Shown here one piece after another: positions 56,648-64,000 of a stretch of 64,000 nucleotides of DNA (position 1 is its first letter; each line of letters begins with the position of its first letter). The notes below the pieces were generated by a model. That model did no database searches, was not told the origin of the DNA, and saw nothing but the letters and a program-made list of their open reading frames with translations. This DNA is from Alphaproteobacteria bacterium UBA6149. Its GTDB lineage: Bacteria > Pseudomonadota > Alphaproteobacteria > Rickettsiales > UBA998. The stretch is taken from the NCBI GenBank assembly GCA_002423155.1, contig DIUV01000044.1, positions 62,278 through 126,277 of the forward strand. Reading direction: 5' to 3'. The translations under genes and the position numbers were made by a program.

Positions 56648-57511
56648 ATGGTTACGAAAAATCTTCCTGTTATTTCACAGGAAAGTGATTTTAGACAATA
56701 TCTCGCAGAAATACGTAAATTCCCCGTTTTAGATGCGGATGAAGAATATATGCTTGCCAAAAGCTGGGCAGAGCATGGCGATTATGATGCTGCGCATAAA
56801 TTAGTTACTAGTCATTTGCGCTTGGTAGTAAAAATCGCGGCGAGTTTTCGTGGTTATGGTCTACCTTTCACCGAATTAGTTTCGGAAGGAAATATTGGGC
56901 TTATGCAGGCGGTAAAACGCTTTGATGCTGAGCGGGGCTTTCGTTTATCCACTTATGCTATGTGGTGGGTGCGAGCGGCAATCCAGGAATATGTCTTGCG
57001 TTCCTGGTCTTTGGTAAAAATGGGCACGAGTGCAGCACAAAAACGCTTGTTTTTTAACTTGCGGAGTTTAAAACGCAATTTGCAAGCGGTTGAAGCTGGG
57101 CAATTGCGTCCGGAAACCATTACGGAAATTGCGCGTATATTAGACGTATCCGAGTCAGAAGTGGTGGATATGGATCAACGCATGTCAGCAACTGATCAGC
57201 GCTTGGATGCGCCAGTGGGCGGTTCGGACGGCGAGACTAATTGGGGTGATTTGTTACCCTCGCAAGAAATATCACAAGAAGAAGATTTCGCCGACAAACA
57301 AGAACAAAAAATTCGTCATGGTTTGTTGAAACGTGCCTTGGCAAAACTAAATCCGCGCGAGCGAGATATTATCCAACGCCGCCGCTTGGACGAGGTGCCA
57401 ACTACTTTGGAAGATTTAAGCAAAGAACATAATATTTCTCGCGAACGCGTGCGCCAAATTGAGGTACGCGCAATGGAAAAATTGACAGAGATGGTACAAG
57501 AAGCGGCTTAG
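56648..57511 (+). CDS. rpoH: RNA polymerase sigma-32 (heat shock)
   Basis: Regions 2-4 present. The RpoH box-like QKRLFFNLRSLKR and 287-aa length fit. Confidence 0.9.
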   Translation: MVTKNLPVISQESDFRQYLAEIRKFPVLDADEEYMLAKSWAEHGDYDAAHKLVTSHLRLVVKIAASFRGYGLPFTELVSEGNIGLMQAVKRFDAERGFRLSTYAMWWVRAAIQEYVLRSWSLVKMGTSAAQKRLFFNLRSLKRNLQAVEAGQLRPETITEIARILDVSESEVVDMDQRMSATDQRLDAPVGGSDGETNWGDLLPSQEISQEEDFADKQEQKIRHGLLKRALAKLNPRERDIIQRRRLDEVPTTLEDLSKEHNISRERVRQIEVRAMEKLTEMVQEAA

Positions 57512-57638
57512 GGTTGTTTTGTTGCTTGCGTATTGAGCTTATCCATTAATATTGTGTAACATCCTTCAATATTTTGTATGATTTCATTATTCCAAAAGCG
57601 AATGATACGAAATTTTTTTGCTTTTATATAAACAGTCC

Positions 57639-59621
57639 TTATTGCACCAAAGACAATACTTTGGCAAAAACTTCTTGAGCGTCTAATTCGGTAGTATCAA
57701 TTTTTATGGCATCTTCTGCGGGAACTAAAGGGGCAATTGCGCGGGTGCGGTCTCGCTCATCGCGTTCGGATAATTCGTGGAGTACGGAGTCATATACTAC
57801 TTCAATTCCTTCGCCTTGTAATTCCCGGTGGCGGCGTTGTGCGCGGGTTTCTAGCGAGGCATTGATAAATATTTTTAGATCGGCATCAGGGCAGACTACG
57901 GTGCCAATGTCGCGCCCGTCGAGCACGGCTCCTTCGCTGCGTTCGGCGAATTTGCGTTGATATTCCAACAAAGCATCACGTACTTTTGGCATGGCAGACA
58001 CTATGGACGCCGCCCGTCCGATGCGTTCTTGGCGTAGGCGTGGATTGCTCAAGTCATTTTCGTCAATGGTTTGCGCCGCGTGGAGGGCGGCTTCTTTATC
58101 ATTGGGGTCTTGGTTTGCATAAACCAATTTTAAGCCAACGGCGCGATATAGGCTTCCCGTATCTAAATAACTCATGCCGAAATGTTCGGCTAAGCGGCGA
58201 GCTAAAGTTCCTTTTCCTGAAGCGGCAGGGCCGTCCACCGCGATTATTTTTGGACGTTTTTGTTGGGTAGATATTGCCGCACGAATATCCGCTCCCAAAC
58301 TGTTCATTAATTCGATAAAATCAGGAAAGCTGGTGCTGATGGCAGTGGCATCATCAATAATTATGGGGTTTTCGGCAACCATACCTAACACAGCAAAACT
58401 CATGGCGATGCGGTGGTCAAAATGGGTGGTGACTAGTCCGCCGCCGCGGATTTTTCCGTTAGTGCCTTTTACGGTGAGATTGTCGCCCGTAATGATATTT
58501 TCTACCCCACAGATTGATAATCCTGCGCTGATAGCGTTTAGGCGGTCACTTTCTTTGACGCGTAATTCCTGCAAGCCTTGCATTAATGTATCTCCATTGG
58601 CAAAGGCGGCGGCGATGGCTAAAATGGGATATTCGTCAATCATGCTGGGCGCGCGCTCCGGCGGAACAATAATGCCGTGTAACTGGCTGGCGCGCACGCG
58701 TAAATCTGCCACTGGTTCGCCACCTGCTTCGCGGAGGTTTAAAAACTCAATTTGTCCGCCCATTTCCTGCAAACATTTATAAAGTCCGATGCGCGTTTCA
58801 TTAATGCCAACATTTTCTAATATTATATCCGCGTGGGGGATGATGAGGGCGGCAACCGCTAAAAATGCGGCGGATGAAGGGTCAGTCGGGACTTGGATAT
58901 GACGTTCGGCGAAGCTAATCTGGGGCTGTCCGCGTAGGGAAATTTCTCTTTGTCCTGCGTCATTTTCCTGCGTAGTTATTTCTACGCCGAGGAATTTTAG
59001 CATCCGCTCGGTGTGGTCACGCGTGGCTTCGGGCTCGATTACTTTGGTGATACCGGGAGTATTTAACCCAGCCAATAAAATGGCGGATTTAACTTGCGCG
59101 GAGGCAACCGGCAATGTGTAGGTAATGGGAAGGGGGTTCTTGGCACCTTGTAGGGCGAGGGGTAAAAATTTCTCTTCCCGTGCCATGAACTCGGCGCCCA
59201 TTTGGTAAAGCGGCTGCATTACGCGTCCCATGGGGCGGCTGCACAGGCTGGCATCGCCCGTAAACACACTTACAAAAGGATAAGCGGCTAATAACCCCAT
59301 CATTAAACGCGCACCTGTGCCTGCATTGCCCATATCCAGCACTTGGGTGGGCTGATGCAGACCCGATATACCCACGCCTTGTACCTGCCATTTGCCTTTG
59401 CCAGAATTTTCGATGGTTACGCCGAGTGCGCGTAATGCTTTGGCGGTTGCCAGTACGTCTTCACCCTCTAATAACCCCTCTATATAAGTAGTGCCGAGTG
59501 CGAGGGAAGAAAGCATCAAAGCGCGGTGGGAAATAGATTTATCGCCAGCTACTTTAGCTTTTCCTTGAAAATGTGCGGCTTTATGCGAAATTATAGAAAA
59601 TTTGGTATTTGTGTGCGTCAT
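57639..59621 (-). CDS. aroA-cmk: bifunctional 3-phosphoshikimate 1-carboxyvinyltransferase / cytidylate kinase fusion
   Basis: An EPSP synthase body (GDKSISHR, LGNAGTGARL) is joined in frame through the linker RAAISTQQKRPK to Cmk (IIAVDGPAASGKGT...YLDTGSLYRA). Confidence 0.9.
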   Translation of the reverse strand: MTHTNTKFSIISHKAAHFQGKAKVAGDKSISHRALMLSSLALGTTYIEGLLEGEDVLATAKALRALGVTIENSGKGKWQVQGVGISGLHQPTQVLDMGNAGTGARLMMGLLAAYPFVSVFTGDASLCSRPMGRVMQPLYQMGAEFMAREEKFLPLALQGAKNPLPITYTLPVASAQVKSAILLAGLNTPGITKVIEPEATRDHTERMLKFLGVEITTQENDAGQREISLRGQPQISFAERHIQVPTDPSSAAFLAVAALIIPHADIILENVGINETRIGLYKCLQEMGGQIEFLNLREAGGEPVADLRVRASQLHGIIVPPERAPSMIDEYPILAIAAAFANGDTLMQGLQELRVKESDRLNAISAGLSICGVENIITGDNLTVKGTNGKIRGGGLVTTHFDHRIAMSFAVLGMVAENPIIIDDATAISTSFPDFIELMNSLGADIRAAISTQQKRPKIIAVDGPAASGKGTLARRLAEHFGMSYLDTGSLYRAVGLKLVYANQDPNDKEAALHAAQTIDENDLSNPRLRQERIGRAASIVSAMPKVRDALLEYQRKFAERSEGAVLDGRDIGTVVCPDADLKIFINASLETRAQRRHRELQGEGIEVVYDSVLHELSERDERDRTRAIAPLVPAEDAIKIDTTELDAQEVFAKVLSLVQ

Positions 59622-59745
59622 AACGAATTATTCATCATTTTATTTATATAATGGTTTTATAACGGGAGAAATACATAGAGTCCACTTGACAAATGTATTT
59701 TTCTGCCCTCAAGAATAGATTATAATTTAAAGGAAGTGAAAAATA

Positions 59746-60228
59746 ATGGCATTAGGTGAAAAACGCAACTGTCCTGCATGTGCGGCAAAATTTTATGATT
59801 TGGAAAAAAACCCAGCAATTTGCCCAAAATGTGCCCATTCTTTTGACCCCGAAGCACCAGCAAAAGCCAAATTGCCGCGTAAGGCAAAGCGTGTGGAAGA
59901 ATTAATTGCACAAAATCAAGATAAGGCAGATGCTTTGTTGCAAAAGAAAAAACTGATTCAAAATATTGATGAAGTGGGCGATATTGATTTGAGCGAATTT
60001 GATGATGCAGAAAAAGTCGCTATCACTGATTCACTGGATGATTTTGAAGAAATTGGCGATATGGAAGTAGATGCAATTGGCGAATTAGAAGATCGCAGCG
60101 TTGATGATGACCGCATGAGCAGCGATGATGTGGACGAAGAATTAGACATCGAAGAAATCGACGGAATGGTGAGCTTAATTGATAAAGTAGAAGATGATGA
60201 AGACGAGGACGATGAGGACGATAAATAG
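59746..60228 (+). CDS. FYDLN_acid (TIGR02300-like) zinc-ribbon protein with an acidic tail
   Basis: CPACAAKFYDLEKNPAICPKC N-terminus and an Asp/Glu-rich C-terminus. Confidence 0.7.
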   Translation: MALGEKRNCPACAAKFYDLEKNPAICPKCAHSFDPEAPAKAKLPRKAKRVEELIAQNQDKADALLQKKKLIQNIDEVGDIDLSEFDDAEKVAITDSLDDFEEIGDMEVDAIGELEDRSVDDDRMSSDDVDEELDIEEIDGMVSLIDKVEDDEDEDDEDDK

Positions 60229-60288
60229 TTTTTGTCTTGCTTTTTTGTAGGGTAATTTCACCAATTGTTAGTCTTGTTTTTTATCAGC

Positions 60289-60540
60289 CTAGACGATACT
60301 ACTATTAGAACTATTGTCAAAAGCGGTGTTATATGTGGCGTTATATGCTGATATATAATGCAATTTAGGTGAATGTATCCGTCGTCATCCCCGCTCTTTA
60401 AGCGGGGATCTTGAGCGACAAATTCAGTCCGAATTCGTGTCTTGAGATCCCCGCTTAAAGAGCGGGGATGACAACCGAGAGAGCAGAAAAATCATCATTA
60501 TTCAATGCATTGCAGCCTTATTAACCTTACTGTCGTGTAG
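60289..60540. repeat. composite palindromic element: outer D-type IRs enclosing family A variant A3 (60384-60472)
   Basis: Outer arms: CTAGACGATACTACTATTAG (60289-60308) and TTAACCTTACTGTCGTGTAG (60521-60540). Inner part: GTCATCCCCGCTCTTTAAGCGGGGATC / GATCCCCGCTTAAAGAGCGGGGATGAC. Confidence 0.75.
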
Positions 60541-60557
60541 GGTAGGTTAATTGTAAA

Positions 60558-60770
60558 TTAATTGTTCTTCGCTTGGTTCATTAGAAAATTTAGTTTTTTT
60601 ACCGCTAGTTGGCTGAGATAATTTTTAGAATAGGCGGTGCTGCCGACGATGGAGGCTTCCTGTCCTGTTTGTAAATTAATCGCGGTTACTTTTACTGCTT
60701 TACCATAAGCAATAAACTCGATAGCAATATCTTTACTAAGGTGAGAGTCAGTGGGTGGGGATGGGGGCAT
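60558..60770 (-). CDS. small conserved-looking protein (70 aa)
   Basis: The IEFIAYGKAVKVTAINLQTGQEASIVG pattern resembles a small alphaproteobacterial family I recall, but I cannot verify this. It overlaps the tlyC 3' end by 23 nt. Confidence 0.4.
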   Translation of the reverse strand: MPPSPPTDSHLSKDIAIEFIAYGKAVKVTAINLQTGQEASIVGSTAYSKNYLSQLAVKKLNFLMNQAKNN

Positions 60771-62028
60771 CTTCCTGTCTTTGCATGCGAATTTTTAATA
60801 TCTGGTTAGATTTTTTCTCTAACACTTCAAAATGAAACTCGTGAAAAGAAAAAATTGCCCCTACTTCTGGGATGCTGCGTGCTTCATGAATTAATAATCC
60901 TGCAATGGTGGTGGCATTATCATCGGGCAAATGCCAGTCTTGGTGGCGATTTAAATCGCGGATTGCCACCATGCCGCCCACTAACCAACCTTGCTCACCT
61001 ACAGGCAAAATATCTGCGCTGCGGATAAAATCATGCTCATCATCAATATCGCCGACAATTTCTTCTAATATATCTTCCAAAGTGATAATGCCGAGGAAAG
61101 AACCATATTCATTAACCACATGGGCAAAATGGCGGCGGCGCGAACGAAAGCCCAATAATTGCTGGCGTAAATTAGTGGTTTCCGGCACAAACCATGGTTC
61201 ACTCAAAATACTGATAATCATATTATGCGTAATCTGCTCAATTCCATAAGCGGAGATTAATTTCATCAAGTCCTTGCTGTGCAGCAAACCAATAATATTA
61301 TCAGGATTTTCGCGCCAAAAGGGAATGCGGCTATGCGTGGAATAAATTACCAGATTAATAATTTCACGCGCCGGTAAATCTATGTCAATGGTTTCTACCT
61401 GTTTGCGGTGTACCATTACCGAGCCAACTTCTACATCGTTTAAGTCTAAAATACTGCCCAACATATCGCGATCTTGTTTGCGCATTTCGCCAGTACTATG
61501 ATGTAGTTCAATCGTTCCGCGAATAACTTCTGCGGCGGAAAGTAACGATTTCCCATCGGAAATATCTAATTTAAATAAACGGGAAACAGCATGGATAACC
61601 CACTGAATACTAAAATTCATGGGCGTCAATACTCGCACCAGAACCACCATCATAGGTGCTACCACCAGCGCACAACGCTCCGAATTTTGCAAAGCATAAG
61701 TTTTTGGCAGTACTTCACCAAAAATAAACAACAACACGGAAAGGATTGCCGTAGAAAAGAAAATAGCCTCGTTACCAAAATATTGAATCGCCGTACTGGT
61801 TCCCACTGCCGTAGCGGCGGTTAACACCAAAGTATTGCCTAATAAAACTGTGCCAATCAGGTGCTCTTTATGCTGGCGCAACCACGCAATTTTTTGCGCA
61901 CGGCGATTGCCCATCATCACTAAACTATGAATACGTGGGCGAGATATAGTGGTCAATGCGGTTTCTGAACCAGAAAAAAACGCTGAACCAAGAATAAGTA
62001 AAAAAATCAGTACGCCGCTAAAAATCAT
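60748..62028 (-). CDS. tlyC: CNNM/HlyC/CorC-family transporter (DUF21-CBS-CorC_HlyC)
   Basis: The N-terminal DUF21 TM region has a GEVLPK motif, followed by a tandem CBS region and a C-terminal CorC_HlyC domain. Confidence 0.85.
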   Translation of the reverse strand: MIFSGVLIFLLILGSAFFSGSETALTTISRPRIHSLVMMGNRRAQKIAWLRQHKEHLIGTVLLGNTLVLTAATAVGTSTAIQYFGNEAIFFSTAILSVLLFIFGEVLPKTYALQNSERCALVVAPMMVVLVRVLTPMNFSIQWVIHAVSRLFKLDISDGKSLLSAAEVIRGTIELHHSTGEMRKQDRDMLGSILDLNDVEVGSVMVHRKQVETIDIDLPAREIINLVIYSTHSRIPFWRENPDNIIGLLHSKDLMKLISAYGIEQITHNMIISILSEPWFVPETTNLRQQLLGFRSRRRHFAHVVNEYGSFLGIITLEDILEEIVGDIDDEHDFIRSADILPVGEQGWLVGGMVAIRDLNRHQDWHLPDDNATTIAGLLIHEARSIPEVGAIFSFHEFHFEVLEKKSNQILKIRMQRQEDAPIPTH

Positions 62029-62115
62029 TTTTATATAAAATCAAGTTGATGGTTCAATTGTTGTTTTATGCAACATAATTTTGTATTATTTAATAGCATG
62101 TTAACTCGATGATGT

Positions 62116-62214
62116 CGGTTGTCATGCCGCCGTAGGGCGGCATCCATGTTTATCAATTAGCTTATGAGCCAACGGGCTAGCATGGATACCGCCCTGCGGC
62201 GGTATGACAACGGA
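62116..62214. repeat. palindromic element family B, copy B3
   Basis: GTCATGCCGCCGTAGGGCGGCATCCATG...CATGGATACCGCCCTGCGGCGGTATGAC. Confidence 0.85.
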
Positions 62215-62308
62215 TGGTTTTTTGTAATAAAATATTTTTTATTTAATGTTATGACGATTGCGTAGAATAGCCCGATTATAACAATCTTTCATTTTTTTTC
62301 TATGTTTT

Positions 62309-64000
62309 TTATTCGCCACTATGCAAGCGCACTTCTTCCAACTCCAACCAGCGCAATTCTGCCGCATCCAACTCTTTCACACTTTCGGCAAAACGCTTAG
62401 TGGATTTATCAAAAACTACTGGGTTGCTGGTATAAAGTTCTGGGTCTGCCAATAGAAGTTTTAACTGCGCTTGTTCTTCTTCCAATTTAGCCATGCGCTC
62501 AGGCAGTTTTTCTAATTCATGCTTTAATTTAAACGACATCTTAGTCGAAGAATTTTCTGTAAAAGCGCGTTCAGCATTGTTTATTTTGCTTAACCCTTCG
62601 GGCTTGGGTTGTTTTTTCTTCGCTTCCAGATAATCACTATAGCCGCCAATATAGCCTTCTATTTGTGCATTGCCCTCAAATGCTAGAACTTTGCTAACTG
62701 TACGGTCAAGAAAATCGCGATCATGGCTGACTAAAATCAGCGTTCCTGCATAATCGGCGAGAATTTCTTGCAGCATATCCAGCGTATCCATATCCAAATC
62801 ATTGGTGGGCTCGTCGAGAATTAAAACATTGCCGGGATTGGCGAGAACTTTGGCTAACATTAAGCGGTTCTGCTGCCCACCTGAAAGAGTACTCACTTGG
62901 TTACGTGCCACTTTTGGATCAAACAAGAAGTCCTTTAAGTAACCACACACATGGCGCTGCCGCTGCTCGGCACCGCTGCCCAAAGTAACATGGTCACCAC
63001 CATCACTACATAAAGTTTGCCAAAGGCTCTTTTTGGGGTCTAATTGCACGCGGTTTTGATCAAAATAGGCAATTTCCATGGTTTTTCCGCGCGATACTCG
63101 ACCCGAATCCGCCTCGATTTCGCCAATCAATAATTTTAAAAAAGTAGATTTACCCGAACCATTTTGCCCCAATATACCAATTCTATCCCCACGCATAATC
63201 CGCAGGTTAAAATCTTTCAATATAGGTTTATCGCCGTAGGATTTGTTCACCATCTTAAATTCAGTAACAATTTTAGAAGCTTGGGTGGGCGTTAACGGGT
63301 CTAGCTCAATCGTGCGCATGGTTTGATTGAACGAAGCTTTATCAGCGCGTAGTTTATCGCGCAATTTATGCAGCTCACTCAAACGCCGCTGGTTACGCTT
63401 GCGCCGTCCGGTAACTCCGCCTTGCGTCCAATCTACTTCCGCTTCGAGTTTTTTTTGCATATTTTGAATTTCGCGCGCTTCTTGCTCCATTATTTGCTCT
63501 GCCCAAGCATCAAAATTCTGATACCCACCCGAAAAACTCCGCACTGCGCCGCGGTCAATCCATAAAACTTTACGCGAAATGGCGTTTAAAAATGCGCGGT
63601 CATGGCTCACGCAGACTAACGCACCGCGATAAGCTTTCAGGTAGGTTTCCAGCCATTCAATCGTGCCTAAATCCAAATGGTTGGTTGGCTCATCTAGCAA
63701 TAATATATCTGGCTCTTCTACTAAGGCTCGCGCCAAAGCCGCCCGCCGTAACTGCCCACCCGAAAGCGTTTTCATTAAAGCCGCATCTTCTAACCCCAAG
63801 GGGGCAATTACCATATCCGCCAGATGCTCGCGTGATTCACCCAAATCTTCCAAACCAATATGCACACTGGGTTTTAATCCATCTACCACAAATTGCTTCA
63901 CGCTAGATTCGGGCGGATAAACCACTTTTTGCGCCAGATACCCAATGGTAATGCCGGGCAAAACAAAGCGCTTACCTGCATCCAGCTCTAATTCCTCTAA
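62309..64000 (-). CDS. uup: ABC-F family ATPase (Uup-like), N-terminus beyond the window end
   Basis: Two ABC signature/Walker B sets (LSGGQLRR..LLLDEPTNHLD; GQNGSGKST; LSGGQQNR..LILDEPTNDLD) and a C-terminal coiled coil. The reading frame stays open to position 64000. Confidence 0.85.
   Translation of the reverse strand, partial: LEELELDAGKRFVLPGITIGYLAQKVVYPPESSVKQFVVDGLKPSVHIGLEDLGESREHLADMVIAPLGLEDAALMKTLSGGQLRRAALARALVEEPDILLLDEPTNHLDLGTIEWLETYLKAYRGALVCVSHDRAFLNAISRKVLWIDRGAVRSFSGGYQNFDAWAEQIMEQEAREIQNMQKKLEAEVDWTQGGVTGRRKRNQRRLSELHKLRDKLRADKASFNQTMRTIELDPLTPTQASKIVTEFKMVNKSYGDKPILKDFNLRIMRGDRIGILGQNGSGKSTFLKLLIGEIEADSGRVSRGKTMEIAYFDQNRVQLDPKKSLWQTLCSDGGDHVTLGSGAEQRQRHVCGYLKDFLFDPKVARNQVSTLSGGQQNRLMLAKVLANPGNVLILDEPTNDLDMDTLDMLQEILADYAGTLILVSHDRDFLDRTVSKVLAFEGNAQIEGYIGGYSDYLEAKKKQPKPEGLSKINNAERAFTENSSTKMSFKLKHELEKLPERMAKLEEEQAQLKLLLADPELYTSNPVVFDKSTKRFAESVKELDAAELRWLELEEVRLHSGE

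Noticed and set aside
58174-58782. 202-aa plus-strand ORF inside aroA-cmk, plus 57706-57960, 57986-58270 and 59089-59391
   Set aside because: They are overlapped by the strongly supported 660-aa fusion on the minus strand and are typical antisense or out-of-frame ORFs of a GC-richer gene.
2847-62214. CRISPR array interpretation of the repeated GC-rich palindromes
   Set aside because: The copies are tens of kb apart, lie in different orientations and contexts, are each internally palindromic across ~100 bp, and are not separated by regular short spacers. No cas genes are present.

Overview
The window looks like a chromosomal segment of an AT-rich alphaproteobacterium. This is inferred from gene content: Caulobacter-style divergent fliX/flgI, CarD/CdnL, RpoH, an NDUFAF7-like methyltransferase, UbiK and SCO. 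About 65 protein genes and one tRNA-Leu(UAG) are supportable. Most are housekeeping: scoAB, topA, sodB, mscL, guaA, bamB-der, rnr, lgt, hldD, gmk, carD, ampG-ampD, aroQ, thiSG, ribD/ribE/ribBA/ribH, infC, rluD, rpoH, an aroA-cmk fusion, tlyC/corC and an ABC-F ATPase. A flagellar late-gene cluster lies at 46.0-54.6 kb (fliB-like, fliW, flgL, flgK, flgN/flbY-like, flgJ rod-binding, flgI, fliX). Accessory content has four parts. (1) A visibly AT-richer 1.9-kb islet at 23.6-25.5 kb is bounded by a perfect 35-bp direct repeat of a terminator hairpin. It encodes a kinase-fold/cytidine-deaminase fusion (AvcD / defensive dCTP-deaminase architecture) plus a tightly coupled 58-aa ORF, and is the best candidate for a defence system here. 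(2) There are hicAB and hipBA toxin-antitoxin pairs, and an orphan MNT-type nucleotidyltransferase translationally coupled to a dGTPase-like gene. (3) A 692-aa protein combines a type IV pilin-like N-terminus with an extreme polyglycine domain. (4) Several families of GC-rich palindromic (RPE/MITE-like) elements are scattered through intergenic spacers. Some are nested inside each other, and some sit between genes of the same operon. No rRNA, CRISPR array, transposase or integrase was seen. All functional calls come from reading the translated ORFs for motifs; no database search was possible.
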